A stretch of 64,000 nt of DNA, from assembly GCF_054482595.1 (NCBI RefSeq), contig NZ_CM137008.1; one strand, written 5' to 3'. The position numbers were made by a program, and so were the translations under genes. The notes beneath the pieces were generated by a model. It saw only the letters and a program-made list of their open reading frames with translations, was not told where the DNA came from and did no database searches. Positions 43,210 to 54,194 of the stretch are shown here, piece by piece. Each line of letters begins with the position of its first letter. Positions within the stretch are counted from its first letter, which is position 1.

Positions 43210-44607
43210 ATTTTTACCCGAGTCGCTAATTTTTGCCGCAAGGTGCTAAGCCGCGAGGAAAGCGAGGCTGAACAGGCAGTCGCCCGTCCACAGGTGACGG
43301 TGATCCCGCGTGAGCAGCATGCTATTTCCCGCAAAGATATCAGTGAAAATGCCCTGAAGGTAATGTACAGGCTCAATAAAGCGGGATACGAAGCCTGGCT
43401 GGTTGGCGGCGGCGTGCGCGACCTGTTACTTGGCAAAAAGCCGAAAGACTTTGACGTAACCACTAACGCCACGCCTGAGCAGGTGCGCAAACTGTTCCGT
43501 AACTGCCGCCTGGTGGGTCGCCGTTTCCGTCTGGCTCATGTGATGTTTGGCCCGGAGATTATCGAAGTTGCGACCTTCCGTGGACACCACGAAGGTAACG
43601 TCAGCGACCGCACGACCTCCCAACGCGGGCAAAACGGCATGTTGCTGCGCGACAACATTTTCGGCTCCATCGAAGAAGACGCCCAGCGCCGCGATTTCAC
43701 TATCAACAGCCTGTATTACAGCGTAGCGGATTTTACCGTCCGTGATTACGTTGGCGGTATGAAGGATCTGAAGGACGGTGTTATCCGTCTGATTGGTAAC
43801 CCGGAAACGCGCTACCGTGAAGATCCGGTACGTATGCTGCGCGCGGTACGTTTTGCCGCCAAATTGGGTATGCGCATCAGCCCGGAAACCGCAGAACCGA
43901 TCCCTCGCCTCGCTACCCTGCTGAACGATATCCCACCGGCACGCCTGTTTGAAGAATCGCTTAAACTGCTACAAGCGGGCTACGGTTACGAAACCTATAA
44001 GCTGCTGTGTGAATATCATCTGTTCCAGCCACTGTTCCCGACCATTACCCGCTACTTCACGGAAAATGGCGACAGCCCGATGGAGCGGATCATTGAGCAG
44101 GTACTGAAGAACACCGATACGCGTATTCATAACGATATGCGCGTTAACCCGGCGTTTTTGTTTGCCGCCATGTTCTGGTACCCACTGCTGGAGACGGCAC
44201 AGAAGATCGCCCAGGAAAGCGGCCTGACCTATCACGACGCTTTCGCGCTGGCGATGAACGACGTGCTGGACGAAGCCTGCCGTTCACTGGCAATCCCGAA
44301 ACGCCTGACGACATTAACCCGCGATATCTGGCAGTTGCAGTTGCGTATGTCCCGACGTCAGGGTAAACGCGCATGGAAACTGCTGGAGCATCCTAAGTTC
44401 CGTGCGGCTTATGACCTGTTGGCCTTGCGAGCTGAAGTTGAGCGTAACGCTGAACTGCAGCGTCTGGTGAAATGGTGGGGTGAGTTCCAGGTTTCCGCGC
44501 CACCAGACCAAAAAGGGATGCTCAACGAGCTGGATGAAGAACCATCACCGCGTCGTCGTACTCGTCGTCCACGCAAACGCGCACCACGTCGTGAGGGTAC
44601 CGCATGA
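43210..44607 (+). CDS. pcnB: poly(A) polymerase I PcnB
   Basis: ORF contains [24 protein letters not shown]...; no in-frame ATG near the conserved N-terminus; start placed at ATT 43210 following published AUU initiation for E. coli pcnB; track ORF starts at TTG 43189. Confidence 0.85.
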
Positions 44608-45083
44608 CAGTGGCGTATATTGCCATAGGCAGCAATCTGGCCTCTCCGCTGGAGCAGGTCAATGCTGCCCTGAAAGCATTAGGCGATATCCCTGAAAGCC
44701 ACATTCTTACCGTTTCTTCGTTTTACCGCACCCCACCGCTGGGGCCGCAAGATCAACCCGATTACTTAAACGCAGCCGTGGCGCTGGAAACCTCTCTTGC
44801 ACCTGAAGTGCTACTCAATCACACACAGCGTATTGAATTGCAGCAAGGTCGCGTCCGTAAAGCTGAACGCTGGGGACCGCGCACGCTGGATCTCGACATC
44901 ATGCTGTTTGGTAATGAAGTGATAAATACTGAACGACTGACCGTACCGCACTACGATATGAAAAATCGTGGATTTATGCTGTGGCCGCTGTTTGAAATCG
45001 CGCCGGAGTTGGTGTTTCCTGATGGGGAAACATTACGTGAAATACTCACTTCACTAGCAGTACCACAACCTGCCATCTGGTAA
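44604..45083 (+). CDS. folK: 2-amino-4-hydroxy-6-hydroxymethyldihydropteridine pyrophosphokinase
   Basis: 159-aa [34 protein letters not shown]...; start overlaps pcnB stop by 4 nt. Confidence 0.95.
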
Positions 45084-45424
45084 TAGCTGTATTATTTTAT
45101 TTTCTTGACGAGAGGAATACAAAATGATACGGCTATTTCATCCACCAAGAAAAAATTATTTTCTTATCTTACTCCTCACATCCCCCTTACACATTAAATA
45201 TACTTAATTTACATTTTAGTTTTTTTTAATTCATTCATGAAATAGCACTTCATGCAAATAGATTAGGCATTTTTTGTTTAAACGACCTAAAATAACAACA
45301 ATTCAATACGCCACATAAATATATTCACACCCGTGATAATTCACCCCTATTACATCCTCCAAAAACTTTGAGTAATATCCGCTCGCAATATTAATTTCAT
45401 ATAATTTTTGTAAGGATGCATGTA
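45084..45424 (+). promoter_or_regulatory. AT-rich leader/promoter region of the yad fimbrial operon
   Basis: 341-bp non-coding stretch that is visibly very AT-rich, with multiple A/T tracts, upstream of yadN. Confidence 0.4.
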
Positions 45425-46021
45425 ATGAAAAAAGCACTTCTCGCAGCCGCTCTGGTTATGGCTTCTGGTTCCGCCCTGGCTGTAGATGGTGGTCATATCG
45501 ACTTTAACGGTATGGTACAGTCCGGTACCTGTAAAGTGGGTGTGGTAGATACTGGTATGCACAGCGTTACCACTGATGGCGTGGTTACCCTGGATACTGC
45601 GAATGTTACTGATACTTTTGCTGAAGTTAGCGCAACTGCTGTCGGTTTACTGCCGAAAGAGTTCATGATTTCTGTTGAGTGTGATCCAGGTGCTCCGAAG
45701 AATGCTGAGTTGACTATGGGTTCTGCAAGCTACGCGAACACCAGCGGTACCCTGAATAACAATATGAACATCACTGTTAACGGTATTGCACCGGCTCAGA
45801 ACGTAAACATTGCAGTTCATAACATGAAAAACAAAGCTGGCGCTGCTGAAATTAAGCAGGTCCATATGAACAACTCTTCTGAAGTTCAGGAACTGACATT
45901 AGACGCAGAAGGTAAAGGCCAGTACGTATTTAACGCATCTTACGTTAAAGCACCGAACAGCCCGGCTGTAACTGCTGGTCATGTAACCACTAACGCGCTG
46001 TACACCGTTGCTTATAAGTAA
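45425..46021 (+). CDS. yadN: fimbrial major subunit (chaperone-usher pilin)
   Basis: Signal peptide MKKALLAAALVMASGSALA; conserved Cys pair; C-terminal pilin-like strand (..LYTVAYK); AGGA 8 nt upstream of ATG 45425; alternative ATG at 45416. Confidence 0.8.
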   Translation: MKKALLAAALVMASGSALAVDGGHIDFNGMVQSGTCKVGVVDTGMHSVTTDGVVTLDTANVTDTFAEVSATAVGLLPKEFMISVECDPGAPKNAELTMGSASYANTSGTLNNNMNITVNGIAPAQNVNIAVHNMKNKAGAAEIKQVHMNNSSEVQELTLDAEGKGQYVFNASYVKAPNSPAVTAGHVTTNALYTVAYK

Positions 46022-46107
46022 TTGATGGTGTGTTGAGCATAAGGTTTGCCAGCAGGCAGACCTTATTTTCTCTAATTTAATCTTTTTACAGACAGCAAGG
46101 AGTGCTT

Positions 46108-46833
46108 ATGTTTCCCTTGGTTAAAAAAACGGTTAGTGCATTATTTGTAAGTACTCTGTTAGCCAGTGCGCCAGCATTTGCTGACATTATTATTTCCGGA
46201 ACACGTATCATTTATAACGCTGATAAAAAAGATGTTAACGTTCGCCTGGAAAATAAAGGGAATCGTCCCTTACTGATTCAAAACTGGTTGGATACGGGCG
46301 ATGACAATGCCGATCCCAGCCAGATCAAAGTGCCGTTTACCGCGACCCCGCCCGTTTCACGCGTAGAGCCAAAACGCGGTCAAACCGTAAAAGTGATGTA
46401 CACCGGTGCAACAGCCCTGCCGAAAGACCGTGAAAGCGTCTACTGGTTTAACGTGCTGGAAGTGCCGCCTAAGCCGAAAGATGCTGAGGCTGACAAAAAC
46501 TTGTTACAGCTGGCTTTCCGTACGCGCATCAAACTCTTTTATCGCCCGAGCGGTTTACAGGGAGAACCGGCTGAAGCACCGGCGAAAATCACCTGGAAAT
46601 TAAACAACGCTCAGTTACAGGCAAATAACCCAACGCCATATTACGTGTCCTTTAATGAGGTCAAGCTGGAAAGCGGCGGCAAAACCTACAACGTCAATTC
46701 CAGCATGGTCGCGCCGTTCAGCCAGGCAAGCTTTGGCGTAACCGGTCTGCCAGGAAGCGTTTCATCCGGAAAAGTGGTCTTTAAAGCGATCAACGACTTT
46801 GGCGGCAACATTGATGGTTCCGCAACATTCTAA
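46108..46833 (+). CDS. yadV: periplasmic fimbrial chaperone (PapD-like)
   Basis: ORF MFPLVKKTVSALFVSTLLASAPAFADIIISGTRIIY... typical of PapD-family chaperones; AAGGAG 5 nt upstream of ATG 46108. Confidence 0.85.
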   Translation: MFPLVKKTVSALFVSTLLASAPAFADIIISGTRIIYNADKKDVNVRLENKGNRPLLIQNWLDTGDDNADPSQIKVPFTATPPVSRVEPKRGQTVKVMYTGATALPKDRESVYWFNVLEVPPKPKDAEADKNLLQLAFRTRIKLFYRPSGLQGEPAEAPAKITWKLNNAQLQANNPTPYYVSFNEVKLESGGKTYNVNSSMVAPFSQASFGVTGLPGSVSSGKVVFKAINDFGGNIDGSATF

Positions 46834-46874
46834 AAAATAAACGGATTCTTTTTAACATCGCCAGGAATGCAACC

Positions 46875-49475
46875 TTGTACCAGTTTACTCATCAAAAAAG
46901 CCGTATCCCGAAAAAAACGCTACTTGCGGCCTGTTGCGCCCTTTTTTACAGCGGCAACAGTTCTGCGGCAGACACGGTGGAATATGACAGTTCCTTCTTA
47001 ATGGGAACTGGCGCATCAACGATTGATGTTAAACGTTATGCTCAAGGCAACCCGACACCGCCGGGTCTCTATAATGTCCGCGTGTTTGTAAACGGTCAGG
47101 CGACGTCCAGCTTAGAAATTCCGTTTGTGGATATTGGCGAAAACAGCGCAGCGGCCTGTATTACCCACAAAAACCTGGCACAACTTCACATTAAGCAACC
47201 TGAACAGCCTGTCACTTTACTCGCCAGAGAAGGTGAGGAAGAGGATTGTCTGGATTTGGCAAAGTCATACGAAAAGGCGGATGTGCGCTTTGACGGTAGT
47301 GACCAGTTTCTCGATCTGACGATCCCTCAGGCCTATGTTTTGAAAAGCTATGGCGGCTACGTTGACCCTTCTTTATGGGAATCGGGAATTAACGCTGCCA
47401 CACTGGCATATACCCTGAACGCGTATCACACAAGTTCAGATAACGACAATAGTGACAGCGTCTATGGCGCATTTAACTCGGGTATCAATTTAGGAGCCTG
47501 GCACTTCCGTGCGCGCGGTAACTATAACTGGACAACAGATAACGGCAGCGATTTCGATTTCCAGGATCGTTACTTACAGCGTGACATTCCGGCAATCCGT
47601 TCACAGATAATTATGGGTGACGCCTACACCACCGGTGAAACGTTTGACTCTGTCAACGTCCGTGGTGTTCGCCTGTACAGCGATAGCCGTATGCTACCTT
47701 CGGCGCTGGCCAGTTACGCTCCGACCATCCGCGGTGTAGCAAACTCCAACGCCAAAGTCACGGTGACGCAAAGCGGTTATAAAATCTATGAAACCACCGT
47801 ACCACCCGGTGAATTTGTTATAGACGACATTAGCCCTTCCGGCTTTGGTAGCGAACTGGTCGTAACCATTGAAGAAGCGGATGGTTCCAAACGCACCTTT
47901 ACGCAACCCTTCTCGTCGGTTGTGCAAATGCAACGTCCTGGTGTAGGTCGTTGGGATTTCAGTGCCGGTAAAGTCATTGATGATAGCCTGCGTTCCGAAC
48001 CCAATATGGGGCAAGCCTCTTATTACTATGGTCTGAATAACCTCTTCACGGGTTATACCGGCATTCAGTTCACCGATAACAACTATCTTGCCGGGCTGTT
48101 AGGTGTGGGTATCAACACCAGCATCGGCGCCTTTGCGGTAGACGTTACCCATTCCCGTGCTGAAATTCCGGATGATAAAACCTACCAGGGGCAAAGTTAT
48201 CGCGTGACCTGGAACAAACTTTTCCAGGATACCGGGACATCATTTAACCTCGCGGCGTACCGCTATTCCACCCAGGATTACCTGGGCCTGCATGATGCGT
48301 TAGTCCTCATTGACGACGCCAAACATTTGTCTGCCGATGAAGACAAAAACACCATGCAGACGTACTCACGTATGAAAAACCAGTTTACCGTCAGCATCAA
48401 CCAGCCGCTGAAAACGACTTACGAAGATTACGGTTCACTGTTTATTTCCGGTAGCTGGACGGATTACTGGGCGGCGAACAATAGCCGCACTGAATATAAT
48501 GTTGGTTACAGTAAAAGCGTTTCGTGGGGCAGTTTCAGCGTCAACCTGCAACGTAGCTGGAATGAAGACGGCGAGAAAGATGACGCGATGTACGTCAGCG
48601 TTAGCGTACCTATTGAGAATATTTTAGGTGGCAAGCGCAAATCTTCTGGTTTCCGCAATTTAAATACTCAGCTCAATACCGATTTTGATGGTTCACATCA
48701 GTTGAATGTTAACAGTTCCGGTAACACTGAAAACAATCTGGTGAACTACAGTGTCAACGCAGGTTATAGCCTCGATAAAAACGCCGGCGATTTAGCCTCT
48801 GTTGGTGGTTATCTCAACTATGAATCAGGGTTAGGCGGTATTTCCGCTTCGGCCTCGGCCACTTCTGATAATAGCCAGCAGTACTCCATCTCCACCGATG
48901 GCGGCTTTGTATTACACAGTGGTGGTTTAACGTTCACTAACAACAGTTTCAGCAGTAACGACACGCTGGTGTTAATCAACGCCCCAGGTGCTAAAGGCGC
49001 ACGAATCAATAACAGTAATAACGAAATCGATCGCTGGGGATATGCCGTGACGTCTTCTGTCAGCCCCTACCGTGAAAACCGGGTAGGTCTGAACATTGAA
49101 ACACTGGAAAACGATGTTGAACTGAAAAGTACCAGCGCCACCACCGTACCACGCAGCGGCTCCGTTGTTTTGACCCGTTTCGAAACTGACGAGGGGCGTT
49201 CTGCCGTGCTGAATATTACTGCCGCCAATGGCAAATCTATTCCGTTTGCTGCGGAGGTTTACCAGGGTGAGGTGATGATCGGCAGCATGGGCCAGGGTGG
49301 TCAGGCATTTGTGCGCGGTATTAACGACAGCGGGGAATTAACAGTGCGTTGGTATGAAAACAACCAAACCATTGACTGTAAGTTGCACTACCAGTTCCCG
49401 GCCCAGCCACAAACGCTGGGAAGTACCAACACCTTATTACTTAACAATCTTACCTGTCAGGTAGCAAATCACTAA
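46875..49475 (+). CDS. htrE: fimbrial outer membrane usher
   Basis: 866-aa ORF between chaperone and minor subunits; apparent TTG start at 46875 (no in-frame ATG upstream). Confidence 0.85.
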   Translation: MYQFTHQKSRIPKKTLLAACCALFYSGNSSAADTVEYDSSFLMGTGASTIDVKRYAQGNPTPPGLYNVRVFVNGQATSSLEIPFVDIGENSAAACITHKNLAQLHIKQPEQPVTLLAREGEEEDCLDLAKSYEKADVRFDGSDQFLDLTIPQAYVLKSYGGYVDPSLWESGINAATLAYTLNAYHTSSDNDNSDSVYGAFNSGINLGAWHFRARGNYNWTTDNGSDFDFQDRYLQRDIPAIRSQIIMGDAYTTGETFDSVNVRGVRLYSDSRMLPSALASYAPTIRGVANSNAKVTVTQSGYKIYETTVPPGEFVIDDISPSGFGSELVVTIEEADGSKRTFTQPFSSVVQMQRPGVGRWDFSAGKVIDDSLRSEPNMGQASYYYGLNNLFTGYTGIQFTDNNYLAGLLGVGINTSIGAFAVDVTHSRAEIPDDKTYQGQSYRVTWNKLFQDTGTSFNLAAYRYSTQDYLGLHDALVLIDDAKHLSADEDKNTMQTYSRMKNQFTVSINQPLKTTYEDYGSLFISGSWTDYWAANNSRTEYNVGYSKSVSWGSFSVNLQRSWNEDGEKDDAMYVSVSVPIENILGGKRKSSGFRNLNTQLNTDFDGSHQLNVNSSGNTENNLVNYSVNAGYSLDKNAGDLASVGGYLNYESGLGGISASASATSDNSQQYSISTDGGFVLHSGGLTFTNNSFSSNDTLVLINAPGAKGARINNSNNEIDRWGYAVTSSVSPYRENRVGLNIETLENDVELKSTSATTVPRSGSVVLTRFETDEGRSAVLNITAANGKSIPFAAEVYQGEVMIGSMGQGGQAFVRGINDSGELTVRWYENNQTIDCKLHYQFPAQPQTLGSTNTLLLNNLTCQVANH

Positions 49476-49476
49476 T

Positions 49477-50037
49477 ATGGAAAATTCTATGAAAAGGATA
49501 CTACTAACATCCGCGTTAATAGGTCTGGGTTTACCGGCGGTTGGCTCTGCAACAGATCTTAATGTCGATTTTACGGCCACCGTATTAGCCACCACCTGTA
49601 CGATAACTATCGTACAAGATGGTGGTCCAGTAGTGACGGGTAGCAACGGTGAATATAGCCTGACAATTCCCGATGTTGGCCTGGATAAAGTTGTCACTGG
49701 AGATGTTGCAGCTCAAGCCAACTTTAAATTAGTGGCTTCCGATTGCAGCAATGGTTATTCAAAGATTTTTACCACACTTACAGGAACAACGGTTTCCGGT
49801 AAGTTAATTGTTAATGAAACAACCTCTGGCGCTACGGGTGTGGGTATGGGGATTAAGCGTAGAGATACCGCAGACTCGGCTTTCTTTACGCCAAATAATA
49901 CTGACAAATTTGAATGGAGTACCGATGAGAAAGCTAACGGTGTGCCTCTGACCGTAGCACTGCGCGAAACAACGGCAGGAGCAGGACGCACTGGTGCGTT
50001 TCAGGCAAAAGCCACCTTTAACTTCACCTACGAATAA
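49477..50037 (+). CDS. yadM: fimbrial minor subunit
   Basis: 186-aa ORF with signal peptide and C-terminal ..ATFNFTYE; alternative start at MKRILL (49492). Confidence 0.8.
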   Translation: MENSMKRILLTSALIGLGLPAVGSATDLNVDFTATVLATTCTITIVQDGGPVVTGSNGEYSLTIPDVGLDKVVTGDVAAQANFKLVASDCSNGYSKIFTTLTGTTVSGKLIVNETTSGATGVGMGIKRRDTADSAFFTPNNTDKFEWSTDEKANGVPLTVALRETTAGAGRTGAFQAKATFNFTYE

Positions 50038-50051
50038 CAGGGACAGCCACC

Positions 50052-50663
50052 ATGAAATTAAAAGTCATAGCTACACTGATTGCTACTGTTGCCGTGGGTG
50101 CCAGCGTTAGCAACAATCTCACTTATGCGAGTACGACATCCGCCTCTTTAACCGTAAACAGTAACCTGACTATGGGTACCTGTAGTGCGAAGGTAGTGGA
50201 TACCAGTGGTGCCGTGATCGACACCGTTGTCTTGGGCAATGTTTATATTTCTGAACTGGCAGCCAAAAGCAAGGTGCAACCATTTAAAATCCGCTTCAGC
50301 GATTGTGCCGGGCTTCCAGGAAAGAGTGCTCAACTCGTCTTAGCGCCCAAAAACAACGGTTGCGCAGGAGGCATGTCTGACACTGCCGCCTTTTCAAATA
50401 AACTCAACACCACCACCGATGGTGGTTCAAGCAGAGCAGCAGTCGAAGTATGGACGACTACAAGCCCCGAAGGAACTGGCAGTGAGCAATTCAATTGTTA
50501 TCAGCGAAACGTCATCAATGTCGATCTTTCTAATGCCAGCACAACACAGCCTTATGATTTCGATTTAAGCGCGCGAATGATTATCGCTGGCGGGTGGACA
50601 GTCAATGACGTATTACCGGGTAGATTCCTCTCTCCTACGACTTTCACAATCACTTATCAGTAA
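50052..50663 (+). CDS. yadL: fimbrial minor subunit
   Basis: 203-aa ORF with signal peptide MKLKVIATLIATVAVGASV and C-terminal ..TFTITYQ. Confidence 0.8.
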   Translation: MKLKVIATLIATVAVGASVSNNLTYASTTSASLTVNSNLTMGTCSAKVVDTSGAVIDTVVLGNVYISELAAKSKVQPFKIRFSDCAGLPGKSAQLVLAPKNNGCAGGMSDTAAFSNKLNTTTDGGSSRAAVEVWTTTSPEGTGSEQFNCYQRNVINVDLSNASTTQPYDFDLSARMIIAGGWTVNDVLPGRFLSPTTFTITYQ

Positions 50664-50683
50664 TAGCGGATAAGGATATTAGA

Positions 50684-51274
50684 ATGCTATGCAGGCATCA
50701 TAAATTTGTACGTTTTTTGGGGCTGGCAACAGCCCTCATTACGCCTTTTGCCTATGCTGGCCAGGATGTGGATCTCACGGCGCAGATTGTGGCCAGCACC
50801 TGTCAGGTGGAAGTCAGTAATAATGGCGTTGTCGATCTCGGCACAGTGACGCTGGACTATTTTGCTGACAATGTGACCCCAACGACGGATTACGCGGGTG
50901 GCAAAACGTTTAATGTTAATGTGGTCTCTTGCGATAACATTCAAACGACACAGTCGCAAATGAAATTAGATTTTCAGCCGCAGGCGGGAGCGCTTGCACA
51001 GGTGAATAATCAAATTTTTAGTAATGAATACGAACAGCAGGCTACCGGGGCGAAAAACGTCGGCATTGTGATATTTTCGGCCCAACCGAATCAGCAGACA
51101 TTTAACGTGCGAGGAACAGATGGTTCCTCAGCAGCAATTTATTCGGTCGCGCCTGGCAATGCTGTTCCCTCAACCTGGACCTTTTATTCCCGTATGCAGC
51201 GGGTGAATAATGCCCTTCCTCCTGAATCGGGAATGGTGAGAAGCCAGGTTATTGTTAACGTATCTTACGAATAA
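50684..51274 (+). CDS. yadK: fimbrial minor subunit
   Basis: 196-aa ORF with signal peptide and C-terminal ..VNVSYE. Confidence 0.8.
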   Translation: MLCRHHKFVRFLGLATALITPFAYAGQDVDLTAQIVASTCQVEVSNNGVVDLGTVTLDYFADNVTPTTDYAGGKTFNVNVVSCDNIQTTQSQMKLDFQPQAGALAQVNNQIFSNEYEQQATGAKNVGIVIFSAQPNQQTFNVRGTDGSSAAIYSVAPGNAVPSTWTFYSRMQRVNNALPPESGMVRSQVIVNVSYE

Positions 51275-51285
51275 TAAGGATAATT

Positions 51286-52398
51286 ATGCAAAGGAAAGGC
51301 AATAAACTGTTGATTCAGTTATGCAGTGCGATACTGCTATTTTTTACCACATCCTGGTATGCATTGGCGAATGAATGTTATATAGAGAGAAATGCTGAAG
51401 GGCCTTATGATATGGTGATAAACCGAAAGCCTTTCAGTATACAGTCAGCGATGGTCACAGTCCCGGAAGAAATAGGCTTCGCGACCTGGGATTCTCATAT
51501 TGATCTTCGGGGCGATAAGATTGGTTGTAAATCCTTAGGTAGTAACACAAGCTCAGTGCATTTTCTTAATACTGCTGATGCCAGTCTCTTATCAACCTAT
51601 ACTACCAGCCATGGCGATGCTTTATTGAAAACAACCGTTCCCGGTATTGTTTATTCAGTAGAATTAGTATGTACAAGTTGTGGAGCCGCGGAGGAGCTTG
51701 ATTTGTATCTTCCTGCACAAAGTGGTGCAGATAATCATACAGATAACGCCAGCTCAAAGTGGGCCTATGAGTATAGTGACGAGAGCTGGTATTTACGATT
51801 TCGTTTTTTCTGGACCCCGGAATTTAAACCTCAAAATGGGGTTTCAGAAGGAACTGCGATACCAGGTAAAATAGCTTCCTGGTATATAGGCAATAATGAT
51901 CAACCATGGATAAATTTTTTCGTTGATACAAGCTCCGTTCATTTTTACGTTGACGAACCGACCTGTGCAACAGTTGCCCTCGCACAAGATCAGGGCAACG
52001 TCAGTGGCAACCAGGTAACGCTTGGGAACAGTTATGTTTCAGAAGTGAAAAATGGGCTTACGCGGGAAATCCCTTTTTCTATCCGTGCTGAATACTGTTA
52101 TGCCAGTAAAATAACGGTTAAATTGAAAGCGGCAAATAAACCCAGCGACGCCACACTAGTAGGTAAAACGACTGGCTCTGCTTCAGGCGTGGCTGTAAAA
52201 GTAAATTCAACTTATGACAATAGCAAAGTATTGTTAAAAGCAGATGGTAGCAACACGGTTGACTATAACTTCGCCGTCTGGTCAAACAACCTGCTGCTTT
52301 TACCTTTTACGGCGCAGCTGGTACCGGATGGCAGTGGTGCTGCTGTCGGTGTTGGAACCTTCTCTGGTAACGCGACCTTCTCCTTTACCTACGAATAA
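51286..52398 (+). CDS. yadC: fimbrial tip adhesin (two-domain, lectin domain plus pilin domain)
   Basis: 370-aa ORF, last gene of the cluster, signal peptide, C-terminal pilin-like ..ATFSFTYE. Confidence 0.75.
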   Translation: MQRKGNKLLIQLCSAILLFFTTSWYALANECYIERNAEGPYDMVINRKPFSIQSAMVTVPEEIGFATWDSHIDLRGDKIGCKSLGSNTSSVHFLNTADASLLSTYTTSHGDALLKTTVPGIVYSVELVCTSCGAAEELDLYLPAQSGADNHTDNASSKWAYEYSDESWYLRFRFFWTPEFKPQNGVSEGTAIPGKIASWYIGNNDQPWINFFVDTSSVHFYVDEPTCATVALAQDQGNVSGNQVTLGNSYVSEVKNGLTREIPFSIRAEYCYASKITVKLKAANKPSDATLVGKTTGSASGVAVKVNSTYDNSKVLLKADGSNTVDYNFAVWSNNLLLLPFTAQLVPDGSGAAVGVGTFSGNATFSFTYE

Positions 52399-52421
52399 GT
52401 AAAACGTCATTCCTTCCTCAT

Positions 52422-52455
52422 CGCACCAGAGTTCTGCTCTGGTGCGAACATTTTC
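52422..52455 (+). terminator. terminator hairpin downstream of yadC (end of fimbrial operon)
   Basis: Inverted repeat GCACCAGAG-ttctg-CTCTGGTGC after the yadC stop. Confidence 0.5.
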
Positions 52456-52533
52456 CCCACACTAAAAACCATTGCCCCCCTGATTTCGACTGTTAGAATG
52501 CGATCAATCTGACTTTAGCCATCAGGATACGTT

Positions 52534-53325
52534 ATGAAACCGACCACTATTGCTTCATTGCAGAAATGTAAGCAGGAAAAAAAACGCTTCGCCACCATCA
52601 CCGCCTACGACTACAGCTTCGCCAAATTGTTTGCTGACGAAGGGCTAAACGTGATGCTGGTGGGCGATTCGCTGGGCATGACCGTGCAGGGCCACGTCTC
52701 CACTCTGCCGGTAACCGTTGCCGATATTGCCTACCACACTGCCGCTGTACGTCGCGGCGCACCAAACTGCCTGCTGCTGGCTGACCTGCCGTTTATGGCA
52801 TATGCCACGCCGGAACAAGCCTTTGAAAATGCCGCCACAGTAATGCGTGCCGGAGCCAATATGGTCAAAATCGAAGGTGGCGCATGGCTGGTGGAAACCG
52901 TGCAGATGCTGACTGAACGCGCGGTTCCGGTATGTGGTCATTTAGGTTTAACGCCGCAGTCAGTGAACATTTTCGGCGGCTACAAAGTACAAGGGCGTGG
53001 CGAGGCAGGCGATCAACTGCTCAGCGATGCATTAGCATTAGAAGCGGCAGGCGCACAACTTCTGGTGCTGGAATGCGTACCGGTTGAACTGGCAAAACGT
53101 ATTACCGAAGCGCTGGCGATCCCGGTTATCGGTATTGGCGCAGGCAACGTTACCGATGGGCAGATCCTCGTGATGCACGATGCGTTCGGCATTACCGGCG
53201 GCCATATCCCTAAATTTGCCAAAAATTTCCTCGCTGAAACGGGCGACATCCGCGCGGCTGTGCGGCAGTATATGGCTGAAGTGGAGTCCGGCGTTTATCC
53301 GGGCGAAGAACACAGTTTCCATTAA
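52534..53325 (+). CDS. panB: 3-methyl-2-oxobutanoate hydroxymethyltransferase
   Basis: 263-aa [40 protein letters not shown]... Confidence 0.95.
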   Translation: MKPTTIASLQKCKQEKKRFATITAYDYSFAKLFADEGLNVMLVGDSLGMTVQGHVSTLPVTVADIAYHTAAVRRGAPNCLLLADLPFMAYATPEQAFENAATVMRAGANMVKIEGGAWLVETVQMLTERAVPVCGHLGLTPQSVNIFGGYKVQGRGEAGDQLLSDALALEAAGAQLLVLECVPVELAKRITEALAIPVIGIGAGNVTDGQILVMHDAFGITGGHIPKFAKNFLAETGDIRAAVRQYMAEVESGVYPGEEHSFH

Positions 53326-53336
53326 GGAGTGACGTT

Positions 53337-54188
53337 GTGTTAATTATCGAAACCCTGCCACTGCTGCGCCAGCAAATTCGCCGCCTGCGTATGGAAGGCA
53401 AGCGCGTGGCGCTGGTACCTACCATGGGCAACCTGCATGATGGCCATATGAAGCTGGTCGATGAAGCCAAAGCCCGCGCCGATGTGGTCGTCGTCAGTAT
53501 TTTCGTTAACCCGATGCAGTTCGACCGCCCGGAAGATCTGGCACGTTATCCACGGACCTTGCAGGAGGACTGCGAGAAGCTAAACAAACGTAAAGTAGAT
53601 TTAGTTTTCGCCCCTTCGGTAAAAGAGATCTACCCGAACGGTACAGAAACCCACACCTATGTTGATGTTCCTGGTCTTTCGACCATGCTGGAAGGTGCCA
53701 GCCGTCCGGGACATTTTCGCGGCGTTTCGACTATTGTCAGCAAGCTGTTCAACCTGGTCCAGCCGGATATCGCCTGCTTCGGTGAAAAAGATTTTCAGCA
53801 ACTGGCGCTGATCCGCAAAATGGTTGCCGATATGGGCTTCGATATTGAGATTGTTGGCGTCCCGATTATGCGCGCCAAAGATGGCCTTGCGCTCAGTTCC
53901 CGTAATGGTTATCTGACGGCAGAACAACGCAAAATTGCGCCCGGTCTGTACAAAGTTTTAAGTTCGATTGCCGACAAATTGCAGGCTGGCGAACGGGATC
54001 TCGATGAAATTATTGCTATTGCCGGGCAAGAACTGAATGAAAAAGGCTTCCGCGCCGATGATATTCAGATTCGCGATGCCGACACGTTGCAGGAGGTCTC
54101 TGAAAACAGCAAACGGGCCGTAATTCTGGTAGCCGCCTGGCTTGGCGATGCTCGCCTGATCGACAACAAGATGGTCGAACTGGCGTAA
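53337..54188 (+). CDS. panC: pantothenate synthetase
   Basis: 283-aa ORF (M)[36 protein letters not shown]...; start codon appears to be GTG at 53337. Confidence 0.93.
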   Translation: MLIIETLPLLRQQIRRLRMEGKRVALVPTMGNLHDGHMKLVDEAKARADVVVVSIFVNPMQFDRPEDLARYPRTLQEDCEKLNKRKVDLVFAPSVKEIYPNGTETHTYVDVPGLSTMLEGASRPGHFRGVSTIVSKLFNLVQPDIACFGEKDFQQLALIRKMVADMGFDIEIVGVPIMRAKDGLALSSRNGYLTAEQRKIAPGLYKVLSSIADKLQAGERDLDEIIAIAGQELNEKGFRADDIQIRDADTLQEVSENSKRAVILVAAWLGDARLIDNKMVELA

Positions 54189-54194
54189 TACTTA

